A stretch of 63,546 bases of DNA, filler included, from Chiloscyllium plagiosum (taxonomy: Eukaryota): the NCBI RefSeq assembly GCF_004010195.1. It is 4 parts of one record of this genome, joined end to end, with 100 filler letters (N's around TTAATTAATTAA, not from the genome) between each part and the next. Parts side by side here need not be neighbours in the genome. Positions count along the whole stretch, not along the records: positions 28,463 to 41,231 come from NC_057710.1; positions 41,332 to 63,546 come from NC_057710.1; 2 more parts are not named here. One strand, given 5' to 3'. Shown here one piece after another: positions 36,361 through 50,012 of this stretch. Every line of letters begins with the position of its first letter. The stretch's first letter is position 1. The translations under genes were made by a program, and so were the position numbers. The notes beneath the pieces were generated by a model. That model worked only from the letters and a program-made list of their open reading frames with translations. It did not search any database and was not told the DNA's origin.

Positions 36361-37559
36361 CAAACGTTTCTTGCTATTTTTCAACACAAATCTGCCCATC
36401 GGAATTTCAGTTTTCTCAGGCAATTCCCACAGATTCTTGCATGAAAGATAGGTTCGTGTGACCCAGAGTCAGGACCAATAAATTTTAACAATCCCATGTT
36501 CTCAGTGGGGCATCTGCATTTTAAAGTAACATTTGAACTTTCACAGATAGTTGTGTGTGGAAACTACACTGATGGTTATGTTTAGGTGCATTTTGTTTTG
36601 CAAGGCCAGCCATCCCCCTACGAAGCACTTCACTAGATACTGGATGTTTTCTCCACATTTCAGCCAAGAGCTCAACACCTCATCTCATCTCTCTCTGAGG
36701 TGGGGCTCAGGGCTGCTGTTTGATGTCAGTTTACTAAGTAAGGGTTTAAGCAGATGCAAAGTCCAGTGCAGTGTATGTGAATGAGGAACATCAGGAAAGG
36801 GAACATCAGGCACAGGACTAACTTGAGGTCACCAATTCATGAATTTCCTCAGAACACTGTTGGGTCAGAAAGGAGGAAATTCTGATTCTTTCTAAACTTT
36901 TCTTTCTGGATTTTAACGCCTATTTCACCGGAAAGAAAATCTCAGAACCCAGCCAGGAAACACGTACAAATTCACAGTGTATTGATTGATTGATTGTAAT
37001 TTCCAGGCTTGTTTTGATAACACAATGTAAAATTGTAGCATCAAACATAATGGAGATGAAAATATGATGTTTGCAATGTTGAGGATACCATTAGTGGGAA
37101 ATAACTTTACAACCAAGTCAGAACGAGGTTGGCTACTATTTCAGACATTAAGGCGTCATTCAAAATGTTCCATTTTCCAAGCTGTGACTGTACAAGCTAA
37201 ACAGTGAAGAGGTCATTGAAGCGTTTATGTATTTACGCATGCAAGCTGAACCCAGACTACCAATTCATGTTCACAGAAATTACAGTGAAAGTGTCTCATT
37301 ACTGAGTACTTAAAGGAAATAAGATATCTGAACATCATTGCCCTTCAGATCTTCAGTCAACAATTCCACTTAGCCTTCAGGTTTCCAAGTTATTTGTTTA
37401 GATCAGACTTGATTTCCTGGTGAGACCTCAATGGGACTCTTATTCATCTCAGTAAAGATCTCCATTCCAAGAGTACACACATATCACATTTCAAATTGTA
37501 TCGGCATATTGAAACAGAAAGGCTAGTTCAGTCACAGGCTTTAACACCTCTCATACCTG

Positions 37560-37562
<3 letters not shown>

Positions 37563-37604
<42 letters not shown>
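37563..37604 (+). repeat. (GT)21 microsatellite next to a Rex1/Babar-like 3' fragment (about 37605-37735, -)
   Basis: The microsatellite is read directly; the flank resembles 48000-48125. Confidence 0.9.
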
Positions 37605-37605
<1 letters not shown>

Positions 37606-38580
37606 CATGTTCAGGTTCCTGTACCTTCTCCCCAATGGTAGAGGTTGTAGAAAAACATTGCTAGGGTGGGATGGATCTTTGAGAAGGCCATTCCTTGACA
37701 GCGGGCCTGGTAGATGGATTCTATAGATTGGTGCCTTTGTGACTGTAATCTAATCTAATCTAAAATCATACACACACTTGCACTTCCTTAAAAACTAAAA
37801 GAGCAGATTTATGGAAATGCTTAAGTTCTGTCAGCCACTGAAATAAAATGACTAATAGACTTTGAATTGAATTAGTTATAAATCACTAACCGATAAGTTC
37901 AATGTTGGGGTTAAACTGCCCCAAAGCTTTTTTATATTCTCATGCCCATGTGTACCCAGACCCCTGATTTAAAGGTAACACCTTCAGTGTTGAACCAGCA
38001 AAGCAAAGAAATAAAATTCCAATATGGGTTTTTTTCCCCAACTATCGACAACAGATGGATGATCATCATTAGAATCTTAATTCCAGATTTTTTTCTTGAA
38101 ATCAAATTCCACCATCTGCCATGGTAGGATTTGAACCGAAATGCCCAGGACATTGCCTGCATGTCTGGATTAATGTCTAGTGATAATACCACCAGGCTGT
38201 TGTGTCCCCATTTTCCTTTATCATGTTCCTCCTCAGCTGTTCATTTGTCCACTATCATTCATGACTGGATGTGGCAGGACTGCAGAATTTAGGCTTGAAC
38301 TTAGGTTGTGGGCTCACTTAGCTCTGTTTATCACTTGCTGCTTATGCTGTTTGGCATGCAAGTAGTCCTGTTTGGCAGCTTCACCAGGATGAGACCTCTC
38401 TTTAGGTATGTCTAGTACTACTGCTCCCGGCATACCCTCCTGCACTCTCCATTGAACCAGGGTTAATCCCCCTGGCTTGATGGTAATGGTTGAGTGAGGG
38501 ATATGCTGGGCCAAGAGGTTACAGCAATTCTGCTGCTGTTGATGGCCCACAGCGCCTCATGGATGCCCAGTCTTGAGTTA

Positions 38581-39268
38581 TAGAGTCACAGAATCATAGA
38601 CCAACTCAGTCCCATTTACCATCACTTGGCCCATATCTCTCTAAACCCTTCCTATTCATATACCCATCCAGATGCCTTTTAAATGCTGTAATTGTATCAG
38701 TCTCCACCACTTCCTCTGGCAGTTCATTCCATACATGCACCACCATCTATGTGAAAAAGTTGCCCCTTAGGACCCTTTAAATCTTACTCCTCTCACACTA
38801 AACCTATGCCCTCTAGTTCTGAACTCTCCCACCTCAGGGAAAAGACCTTGTCTATTTATCCTATCCATGTCCCTCATGATTTTATAAACCTCTATATGGT
38901 CACCCCTCAGCCTCTGATGTTCCAGGACACAAAGCCCCAGCCTATTCAGCCTCTCCCTATAGCTCAAGCCCTCCATCCCTGGCAAAATCTTTGTAAATCT
39001 TTTCCAAACCTTTTCAAGTTCACAACATCGTACCGATAAGGGGGTGACCAGAATTGCACACAATATTCCAAAAGTGGCCTAACCAATGTCCTGCATAGCC
39101 GTAACATGACCTCACAACTCCTGTACTCAATACTCTGACCAATAAAGGAAAGCATTCCAAACGCCTTCTTCACTATCCTATCTATCTGCAACTCTACTTT
39201 TGAGGAAATATGAACCTGCACTCCAGGGTCCCTTTGTTCAGCAACACCCCCGAGGACCCTACAATTAA
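38581..39268 (-). mobile_element. 5'-truncated CR1/HER1-type LINE
   Basis: ORFs 38964-39293 and 38767-39063 (RPLLEYCVQFWSP, RGDHIEVYK). Confidence 0.9.
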
Positions 39269-40337
39269 GTGGGCAAAAGTGAGTACTGCACATGCTGGAA
39301 ATCAGAGTCTAGATTAGAGTGGTGCTGGAAAAGCACAGCAGGTCAGGCAGCATCCGAGGACCAGGAAAATCGACGTTTCGGGCAAAAACCCTTCATCAGG
39401 TCTGAAGGCAGGGAGCCTCCGGGGTGGAGAAATAAATGGGAGGGGGGGTGGGACTGGAGAGAAGGTAGCAAAGAGTACAATAGGTGAATGGAGGTGGGGA
39501 TGGAGGTGATACGTCAGAGAGGAGGGTGGAGTGGATAGGTGGGAAGGGAGATTGGCAGGTAGGACAGGTCATGGGGTCAGTGCTGAGCTGGAAGTTTGGA
39601 ACTGCGGTAAGGTAGGGGATGGGAAATGAGGGAAACTGGTGAAGTCCACAATGTAGAGGAGACCGCATCGGGAGCAACGGATACAATAAATGACATGTGT
39701 GGAAGTGCAGGTGAAACTTTGTTGGATGTGGAAGGCTCCTTTAGGGCCTTGGATAGAGGTGAGGGAGGAGGTGTGGACGCAGGTTTTGCAGTTCCTGAGG
39801 TGGCAGGGGAAGGTGCCAGGATGGGAGGGTGGGTTTTTGGGGGGCGTGGACCTGACCAGGTAGTCACGGAGAGAACGGTCTTTGTGAAAAGAGGTGGGGA
39901 GGGAAACATATCCCTGGTGGTGGGGTCCGTTTGGAGGTGGCGGAAATATCGGCGGATGATCCGGTTTATGCGAAGGTGGGTAGGGTGGAAGGTGAGCACC
40001 AGGGGGTTCTGTCCTTGTTACAGTTGGAGGGGTGAGGTTTGAGGACGGAAAGGCAGGATGTGGATGAGATGCATTGGAGGGCATCTTTAACCACGTGAGA
40101 AAGGAAATTGCGGTCTCTAAAGAAGGAGGCTATCTGTTGTATTCTGTGGTGGAACTGGTCTGCCTGGGAGCAGATACGGCGGAGGCGGAGGAATTGGGAA
40201 TACGGGATGGCATTTTTGCAGGAGATACGGTGGGAAGAGGTGTAATCCAGGTAGCTGTTGGAGCTGGTGGGTTTTTAAAAATGTCAGTGTCAAGTCAGTC
40301 ATCATTGATGGAGATAGGTCCATGAAGGGGAGGGAGT
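39269..40337 (-). mobile_element. Penelope-like retroelement 3' part with a GIY-YIG endonuclease remnant and a hammerhead motif at 39368-39402
   Basis: LTFHPT..IIRRYFRHLQTDP, PGTFPC..CKTC and FTCTSTHVIYCIRCSRCGLLYI, followed by CTGATGA-A-GGGT tttt GCCC-GAAACGTC on the same strand. Confidence 0.88.
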
Positions 40338-41231
40338 TAAGACCATAAGACCATGACATAGGAGTGGAAGTAAGGCCATTCGGCCCAATGAGTCCACTCC
40401 GCCATTTAATCATGGCTGATGGGCATTTCAACTCCACTTACCCGCATTCTCCCCGTAGCCCTTAATTCCTTGCGACAACAAGAATCTATCAATCTCTGCC
40501 TTGAAGACATTTAGCGTCCCAGCCTCCACTCCACTCTGCGGCAGTGAATTCCACCGGCCCACCACTCTCTGGCTGAAGAAATGTCTCCGCATTTCTGTTC
40601 TGAATTTACCCCCTCTAATTCTAAGGCTATGTCCACGGGTCCTAGTCTCCTCGCCTAACGGAAACAATTTCCTAGCGTCCACCCTCTCCAAGCCATGTAT
40701 TATCTTGTAAGTTTCTATTAGATCTCCCCTTAATCTTCTAAACTCCAATGAATACAATCCCAGGATCCTCAGCCGTTCCTCATATATTAGACCTACCATT
40801 CTAGGGATCATCCGTGTGAACCTCTGCTGGACACGCTCCAGTGCCAGTATGTCCTTCCTGAGGTGTGGGGACCAAAACTGGAAACAGTACTCCAAATGGG
40901 GCCTAACCAGAGCTTTATAAAGTCTCAGTAGCATAACGGTGCTTTTATATTCCAACCCTCTTGAGATAAATGACAACAGATCCCTTACTTTGGCTTTATG
41001 AATTTTCTCACTGTTTAGAAAGTAGTCCATGCTTGTATTCTTTTTTCCAAAGTGCAGCAACTCGCATTTGCTCACATTGAACTCCATCAGCCATTTCCTG
41101 GACCACTCTTCCAAACTGTCTAGATCCTTCTGCAGCCTCCCCACTTCCTCAGTACTACCTGCCTGTCCACCTAACTTTGTATCATCGGCAAACTTCGCTA
41201 GAATGCCCCCAGTCCCTTCATCCAGATCACT
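40338..41231 (-). mobile_element. Young CR1 LINE 3' part (tcttatgg-type tail)
   Basis: 238-aa ORF 40428-41144 is the CR1 ORF2 C-terminus. Confidence 0.92.
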
Positions 41232-41331
41232 NNNNNNNNNNNNNNNNNNNNNNNNNNNNNNNNNNNNNNNNNNNNTTAATTAATTAANNNNNNNNNNNNN
41301 NNNNNNNNNNNNNNNNNNNNNNNNNNNNNNN
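41232..41331. other. Assembly spacer
   Basis: 44 N + TTAATTAATTAA + 44 N. Confidence 0.98.
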
Positions 41332-41777
41332 TAACATACGAGGAACGGCTGAAGATCCTGGGATTGTATTCATTGGAGTTTTAGAAGATTAAGGGGAGAT
41401 CTAATAGAAACTTACAAGATAATACATGGCTTGGACAGGGTGGACGTTAGGAAATTGTTTCCATTAGGCGAGGAGACTAGGACCTGTGGACACAGCCTTA
41501 GAATTAGAGGGGGTAAATTCAGAACAGAAATGCGGAGAAATTTCTTCAGCCAGAGAGTGGTGGGCCTGTGGAATTCATTGCCGCAGAGTGCAGTGGAGGC
41601 CGGGACGCTAAATGTCTTCAGGGCAGAGATTAATAAATTCTTGATGTCACAAGGAATTAAGGGCTATGGGGAGAATGCGAGTAAGTGGAGTTGAAATGCC
41701 CATCAGCCATGATTGAATGGCGGAGTGGACTTGATGGGCCGAATGACCTTACTTTCACTCCTATGTCTTATGGTCTT
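41332..41777 (+). mobile_element. CR1 3' end, same subfamily as 40338-41231 and inverted to it
   Basis: ORF 41431-41694 is nearly identical to the end of ORF 40428-41144. Confidence 0.92.
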
Positions 41778-44709
41778 AACAGGGACAGGATTTCAGGGTC
41801 ACAGGAATATGCTGGCAGACAGCAAGCTGGTTTGAAGTGTGTCTACTTCAACGCCAGAAGTATCCAAAATAAGGTAGGTGAGCTTGCAGCATGGATAGGT
41901 ACCTGGGACTTTGATATTGTGGCCATTTCGGAGACATGGATAGAGCAGGGTGAGGAATGGATGTTGCAGGTTCCAGGGTTTAGATCTTTCATTAAGAACA
42001 GGCAAGGCGGTAAAAGAGGGGGAGGTGTGGCCTTATAATGGTTGCTGAAAGAACTTTTGATGAGGACCTGTCTACTGAGGTAGTGTGGGTTGAGGTTAGA
42101 AACAGGAGAGGAGAGGTCACACTGCTTGGAGTTTTTTATAGGCCTCTGCAGAGTTCCAGGGAGGTGGAAGAGAGGATTGGCAAAATTATTCTGGGTAAGA
42201 GTGAAAGGAATACGGTGGTCATTATGGGGGACTTTAACTTCCTCAACATTGACTGGAAATGCTATAACTCTAGTACGTCGGATGGATCAGTTTTTGTCTA
42301 ATGTGTACAGGAAGGTTTCCTGACACAGTAGGTTAAAGGGCTGGCAAGAGGGGAGGCCACACTGGATCTGGTGCTTGGTAATGAACCAGGCCAGGTGTTT
42401 GATTTAGTTGTAGGTGAGCACTTTGGAGAGAGTGACCATAATTCAGTTACATTTAGTTTAGTGATGGAAAGGGATAGGTACATGCCACAGGTCAAGAGTT
42501 ATCAATGGGGCAAGGGCAATTATAATGCGATTAGCAAGAATTAGGATGCATAGAATGGGGTAGCAAAATGCAGGGGATGCAGACAATGGAAATGTGAAGC
42601 TGGTTTAAGGAACAGATATTGCATGTCCTTGATAGGTATGTCCCTGTCAGGCAGGGATGAAGTGATAAGGTAAGAGACCCGTGGTTTACTACAGAAATTG
42701 CATCTCTTGTTAAATAGAAGAAGGAGGCTTACGTATTGAGGCAAGATGGTTCAGATGAGGCGATGGAGAGTTACAGATCAGCTAGGAAGGATTTAAAGAG
42801 AGAGTTAAGAAGAACAAAGAGAGGACACGAGCAGTCTTTAGCAAATAGAATGAAGGAGAACCCTAAAGCTTTCTATAGGTATGTGAGGAATAAAAGGATG
42901 ACGAGGGTAGGAATAGGGCCAGTCAAAGACAGAGGTGGGAAGTTGAGTGTGGACACTGTAGAGATTGGAGAGGTGCTAAATGAACATTTCTCATCGGTTT
43001 TCGCTCAGAAAAAGGAGAACATTGTAGAGGAGAAAAATGAGGTACGAGATATTAGACTGGAAAGGATCGAGGATAGTTACAAACAGGTGTTTTCAATTCT
43101 AGAAGGAGCGAAAGTAGATAAGTCCCCAGGTGGGATTTATCCAAGGTATTCTCTGGGTAGCTAGGGAGGAGATAGCAGAGCCTTTGGCTTTGATATTTAA
43201 GTCATCATTGTCTACAGGTTTAGTATCAGAGGACTGGAGGATTGCAAATATTGTGCCCTTGTTCAAGAAGGGCTGGAGAGATGACCCAGGTGATTATAGA
43301 CCAGTGAGCCTTACTTCTGTTGTAGGAAAAGTTTTGGAAAGGATTATAAGAGATAAGATTTATCATCATCTAGCAAGCAACAATTTGATTTCAGATAGTC
43401 AACATGGTTTTGTCAAGGGCAGGTTGTGTCTCACAATCCTCATTGAGTTTTTTGAGAAGGTGGCCAAGCAGGTAGATGAGGGTAGGGCAGTTGATGTGGC
43501 ATACATGGATTTCAATAAAGCCTTTGATAAGGTTCCACATGGTAGGTTGTTGGAGAAAATGCAGAGGCATGGAATTGAGGGTGATTTAGCAGTTTGGATT
43601 AGAAACTGGCTTTCTGAAAGAAGGCAGTGAGTGGAGGTTGATGGAAAATATTCAGCCTGGAGTCTGGTTACTAGTGGTGTGCGACAAGGATCTGTTTTGG
43701 AACCACTGCTGTTTGTCATATTTATAGACTTAGACTGCAGGCATAGGTGAATGGATTAGTAAATTTGCAGATGACACAGCAAATCGGTAGAGTAGTGGAC
43801 AGTGTGGAAGAATGTTATAGGTTGCAGGGGGACTTGGATAAACTGCAAGAATTGGGCTGAGAGGTGGCAAATGGAGTTCAATGCAGCTAAATGTGAGGTG
43901 ATGCACTTGGGAAGAATAACAGGAGCTGAGAGGTGGCAAATGGAGTTCAATGCAGCTAAATGTGATGCACTTGGGAAGAATAACAGGAAGGCAGAGTACT
44001 GGGTCATTGGAAAGACTCTTGGTAGTGTGGATGTACAGAGGGATCTTGGAGTCCATGTACATAGATCCCTGAAAGTTGTCACCCAGGTTGATAGTGCTGT
44101 TAAGAAGGCATACAGTGTGTTAGGTTTCATTGGCAGAGGGATTGAGTTCCGGAGCCGCAATATCATGCTGTAACTATACAAAACACTGGTGTGGCCACAC
44201 TTGGAATATTGTGTACAGTTCTGGTCGCCATATTTCAGGAAGGATGTGGAAGCATTGGAAAAGGTGCAGAGGGGATTTACCACGATGTTGCCTGGTCTGG
44301 AGGGAAGGTCTTATGAGGAAAGGCTGAGAGACTTGGGTCTGTTGTCATTGGAAAGAAGAAGGCTAACAGGGTATTTGCTAGAGACGTACAAGATGACCAG
44401 AGGATTAGATAGGGTAGATCATGAAAGTCTTTTTCCTAGGATGATGACATCAGTTTGTAGGAGGGGGCATAACTACAAATTGAGGGATGATAGATTTAAA
44501 ACAGATGTCAGAGGCAGGTTCTTTACTCAGAGAGTGGCAAGGGCGTGGAATGCCCTACCTGCCAATGTAGTCAACTCAATCCTTGGATAAGCACATGGAT
44601 GATGATGGGATAGTGTAAGGGGACGGGCTGAGAATAGTTCACGGGTCAGCACAACATCAAGGACCGAAGGGACTGTTCTGCACTGTATTGTTCTATGTCC
44701 TATGTTCTA
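41778..44709 (+). mobile_element. CR1 LINE ORF2 (endonuclease and RT) and 3' tail, inactivated; internal 69/64-bp tandem duplication at 43856-43988
   Basis: CVYFNARSI..ISETW, MGDFN, DWRIANIVPLFKKG, YMDFNKAFDKVPH and HLEYCVQFWSP, ending in a ttctatg tail. Confidence 0.93.
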
Positions 44710-44976
44710 AAAGCAAATTCCCACCTATTCCTCAACATCATCACTTCCCAATTATCCAAAACGCCAGAGAACCATTCCTTCCCTGTCACATCTGTATGCT
44801 TGACTTTGTTTCTTCTCAGTTCTGATCCTACAAACTGTAAAATCTTTCCCTTTGATTGACACAAATGGGATCCTTGCACTGAGGTAGCTTATTCCCTTAA
44901 CTGCTCTGAACAAAATCCTTTTTCTGGGAGTCACTGTACTTACATCTGATTTCAGTTAGGTTTCCTTCAAACTAGT

Positions 44977-45283
44977 GGGTGGCACGGTGGCACAGTGGTT
45001 AGCACTGCTGCCTCACAGCGCCAGAGACCCGGGTTCATTCCCACCTCAGGCGACTGACTGTGTGGAGTTTGCACGTTCTCCCCGTGTCTGCATGGGTTTC
45101 CTCCGGGTGCTCCGGTTTCCTCCCCAGTCCAAAGATGTGCAGGGTCAGGTGAATTGGCCACGCTAAATTGCCCGTAGTGTTAGGTAAGGGGTAAATGTAG
45201 GGGTATGGGTGGGTTGCGCTTCGGCGGTTCGGCGTGGACTTGTTGGGCCGAAGGGCCTGTTTCCACACTGTAATGTAATCTAA
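44977..45283 (+). mobile_element. Full-length HE1-type V-SINE
   Basis: Highly similar to 23537-23860. Confidence 0.92.
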
Positions 45284-45479
45284 AGCCAAACATTTTTCCA
45301 CCCCTAAGTTTTTCTAAGCTGAAAACAATCCTTAATTATTTATAACTAAAAGCAAGCTCTCTCCTATCATGACATCATGCAGAAGATACAAAAGTTTGAC
45401 ACCACGTACCGACTGTTGGAATTGATTCCAAGACCCCCCAGGGTTCCCATGGTCATGGTGGGGCGGGGGGGGGGGGGAG

Positions 45480-48335
45480 GGGGGCGGTGTTAAGGACCCC
45501 ACTGATAGCACACAATTACCTCTTGGTGCAGCAGACGTCCATCATCAATGCCTCAGATCGACCAGAAACAGACACCTCACCAGGAAATATGGGAGACACG
45601 CTGGCCTGCAGGTGAGAATGAAACAAAAGTGTTTCAAGCACCCCTACGACTACCGCTGCACCTCACCCCAGCTGAATCCTGGCAAACATCCAAACTATTG
45701 AAAGCAAATGAGATAACCTTAAAGCCAGATTACCTTCCAAAGGGAACTGAGAGACTGCTGTGTGGTCTGTTTTACAGAGACATGGTTCACTCCTGCTACA
45801 CCTGACTGCACCTTACAACCTGAAGGTTTCTCTATACATCGCATGGACCGCCAGGTGTCATCAAGTAAGGCAAATGGCAGTGAGGTCCCTCTCCTAATGA
45901 ACACCTCCTGGTGCTTTGACATGGTGACCCTGGCGAGTTACTGTTCCAAGGGCCCAGAATATCTAACAGTGAAATACAGTCACTCCTACCTGTCATGTGA
46001 GTTCACCTCCACCATCCTGACAGCAGTTTGCATCCCACCCTATGTGAACATGAAGAGTGCACTTAATAAAATTTATATCGCTACAAAAAGACTTGAGACG
46101 GAATACCCTGAGGCCTTGTTCATTGTAGGCAGTAACTTCAACCAGGCCAAGCTCAAGACGGTGTTACCAAAATACCGTCAACACATCTCCTGTCCCGCCA
46201 GAGGTCTGACCATCCTTGACCATTGCTACAAAACTATCGCAGGTGCCTACTGCTCCATACCCCATTTATATTTTGGAAAATCAGATCACAACGCTGTGTT
46301 CCTCCTCCCAGCTTACAAGCAGAAATTGAAAGGTGAGGACCCTGTATGAAAAGTCGTGCAGTGCTGGTCTGAGGCAGCAGAAGAACTTCTCTGAGACTGC
46401 TTGGAATTAGTGGACTGGACAATATTCAAGAACTCAGTGCCAACCTAAACGAGAATGCCACCACAAATACAGACGTCATTCGCAAGTTCATAGAGAACTG
46501 CACGCCAAAGACGTTCATCCAAACATTCCTCAGTCTGAAACCATGGATGAACTAGGACATCCACTGCCAACTGAAATCCTGGTGTGTGACATTCAGATCA
46601 GATGATCCTGACCTTTACAGGAAATCCAGTAAGGTCATTAGAGACACCAAGAGTCAATACTGGACTAAGCTGGACCCCAAATTAACAACACAGTCGCCTG
46701 CCATTTGTGGTAACGTCATGACATAATGGGCTACAAAGTGAAGCAGGACTGAATAATGGACACAAATTCCATCCTTCCCTGATATGCTCATTTTGAACAG
46801 AAGGTCAGTGAAACGGTGTCACCAGCCCCAACAGCCTCGGATGCACCTGTTCCCTCAGTCACTGCTGCAAACACCAGATTGGCCTTTTTCCCACAGGAAA
46901 CACCTGGGTTAGATGACGTCTCCCTGGCTGAGCATTCAGATCCTATGCCAAGCTGATGGGAGTATTTGCTGACATCTTTAACCTCTCCTTACTGTGATCT
47001 GAAGTCCCCACCTGCTTCAAGAAGACCACTATCATCCCAGTACCAAAGAAAATTCATGCAGCCTCACTGACCATTGACTCTGACCACCATAATTATGAAG
47101 TCCTTTGAGAGGTTAATTATGGCTCATATCAACTCTAACCTACTTGCCTGCCTCAATTCCTTGCAATTTGTCTACTATTGCAACAGGTCCACACAGACAC
47201 CACCTCCCTTGCCCTATACTCATCCCTGGAACATCTGGATAACAATGGCTCCTACTTATTGACTACAATTTCAAACAAACTAATTGCCAAACTCTGAGAC
47301 CTAGGTCTCTGTTCCACCCTCTACAACTGGATCCTTAACTCCCTGACCCATTGACCACAATCAGTGTCAATAGGCAAACGCACCTCCCCCATGACAATCC
47401 TGAACACCGGTGGCCTGCAAGGCTGCGTACTCAGCTCCTTACTATACCTCCGGTACACTGATGAGTGTGGGGCCAAATTTTGTCCTAATTCCATCTGCAA
47501 GTTCACTCCCAACACCACCATTGTCAGCTGGATCTCAAACAATGATGAGACTGAATACAGGAGACAGATAGAGTGCTCGGTGGTATGGTGTAAAGATAAC
47601 AATCCTGCCCTCAATGTCAGAAAAATGAAAGGGCTGAGCATCGACTTCAGGAAGCAAGTGGGAGGGCATGCCTGTACCTACGTCAATGGAGCTGAGATTG
47701 AGATGGTGAAGAGCGTCAAGTTCCCAGGAGTGATGATCACCAACAATCAGTCCTGGTCCACTTGCTTCAATAGATGGTCAAGAAGGCAGAACAACGTCTG
47801 TATTTCCCCAAGAGGCTAAGGAAATTTGGCATGTCTGTAAATACTCTTACCAATTGTTATAGAGGCACCCTAGAATTCATTCTATCCAGAGGCATCATGG
47901 CTTGGTACAACAACTACTCTGCCCAGAACCATAAAAAAACTACAGAAAGTTGTGAACACAGCCCAGTCCATCACGCAAACCAACCTTCCATCCATTGACT
48001 CCATCTGTGCTTCTTGCTGCCTCGTGAAGGCAGCTAACATCATCAAAGACCCCTCCCACCCTGGTTATAATCTCTTCCAAGCTCTTGCATCAGGCAAAAG
48101 ATACAAAAGCTTAAACACATGTACTGATAGATTCAAAAACCATTTCTTCCCTGCTGTTACTGGACTTCTGAATGGACCTCTCAAATTTTAAATTTAATGT
48201 TGACCTCGCTCTCTGTGCACCTTCTCTGCAGCTGTAACATTGTATTCCTAGCTCTGTTTTATCACATTTATGCACTTTGTATGGTATGATCTGCTCGTAC
48301 TGCACGCATAACAAATTTTTTTACTGTACCTAAGT
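45480..48335 (+). mobile_element. Rex1/Babar-type non-LTR retrotransposon, inactivated
   Basis: The APE domain reads CFTETW..PEGFSIHRMDR..LDHCY..GKSDH. The RT reads LTTIIMKSFERLI, TGGLQGCVLS and VKKAEQRLYF. Confidence 0.8.
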
Positions 48336-48354
48336 ACATGTGTGAACTTGCAGC

Positions 48355-48790
48355 ATGCAGTTATATAAATGACAAACAAAAGAGGGCCCAGAACAGATCC
48401 CTGTGGAACATCGCCAGTGACAGGCCTCCAGTCTGAAAAGCATCCCTCCACCATCATTCTCTGTCTCCGCCATTAAACCAATTTTGTATCCAATTGGCAA
48501 GTTCTCTCTGAATCCCATGTGACCGAACTTTACTAATTAGTCTACCATGTAAACCTTGTCAAAGGCTTTACTAAAGTCCAAGTGAACAATGTCTATTGTT
48601 CTGACAGCATCCATCTTTTTGGTTACTTTCTCAAAAAATACAATCAAGTTTATGACACCTGGTTTTCCTTGCACAAAACCATGCTGACTATCCCATATCA
48701 ACTTTTTCCTCTCTCAATGTCCAGAAATCCTCTCTTTTATAATCTTGTTGGAAGAAGGGGCCTTTTTCTGTGCTGTAGAACTTTATGATT
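48355..48790 (-). mobile_element. CR1 RT fragment
   Basis: [30 protein letters not shown]. Confidence 0.85.
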
Positions 48791-49730
48791 CTGTGAGTTT
48801 ATGTCAACTATTCCCCATGCCTAAGAACTATACAGACTTTAAAATAATAACACACACCACCCTTATTTGTTTTTTTAGACAGTTATGTCAGTTATTTTTA
48901 ATACACTGTTTTACAGGGATAGAAACGTGATGGTGATTTTTTTTGACAACTGCTATTCTTACTAATTAAACAATGTATTTTTCCAATTTCTTTTGAATAC
49001 ATCAACTCTGAAATAAGGTGAAATGATGTCCATATAAATCAACATTTTTGGGGAACTTTTACATTTTAGCATAGCATTATATTTCTTAATTCTTATAAAA
49101 TATCAAATGAGGATTTAGCAGAAGGATTTCAGAGTATGTTTTTACTGCAAGTGCAAAATAATGGATTGCAGCACTTTAATTGGAAACCCAATTGATTTCT
49201 TGAGCTCACAGGGGATGTATAAAACATTGCCCTCTTGTGCCAGTGTTCCAAATTCAGTTTTATTAAAGCTTTTGTAAAGTGCATTGGGTTTTTAAGAGGA
49301 GTCTTTCTTTGGTGATTAGAAATCTTCATTTTTAATCATGAGAAAGTATAAATTATAAATACATTTTTTATAAAGTTATATATCTGCACTCATTTGCTGT
49401 TGATAGAAATCAGGTATAACAGATTCAACTTTTTACAAGTCCCTCAATTTGAAATTGATAGAAACATTTTTGAATGGGTTGTGCAAATTCCAGCATTTCT
49501 CATTATGAGTGACACTAAAACTAAGGGGCATTGTTCAAACATGAGAGTTCTCCCATTTTAGAGACATGAGAAAAAAATATTTTCTTTCAGAGGATTCTAG
49601 AATTCTCTTTCCCTGAGAGCAATGGAGGTTGCCTTTTTTTAAGGCTGACTTACTAGATTATTGATTGTCAAAGATGTCAAAGGTATAAGGCATAAGTAGG
49701 AAAGAAAATGACATAATTTAAATTAGTCTT

Positions 49731-50012
49731 ATAGAATCCCTATGGTAAGGAAGCAGGATTCAGCCCATTGAGTCCACACCAATCCTTCAAAGAGCAGCCC
49801 ACCTAGACCAACGCCTGTAACCCTGCATTTCCCATGACCAATCCACATAGCCTGCGCATCTTTCAACTGTGGGAGGAAACTAGAGCACCCAGAGGAAACC
49901 CACACAGACTCGGGGAGAATGTGCATACTCTACACAGCTAGTTGCCTGAGGTTGGAATTAAACCAGGGTCCCTGGCACTGTGAGGCAGCAGTGCTAGCCA
50001 CTATGCCACGCC
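49731..50012 (-). mobile_element. HE1-type V-SINE
   Basis: Reverse-complement head and V-domain are recognisable. Confidence 0.82.

Noticed and set aside
44820..44883. Exon-shaped 64-nt segment on + (tttcttctcag|...GAG|gtagct)
   Set aside because: The donor is weak and the translation matches neither PTPRA nor any protein I recognise.
45762..46349. 195-aa ORF as a cellular nuclease
   Set aside because: It is the APE domain of a decayed Rex1/Babar-type element, followed by a broken RT.
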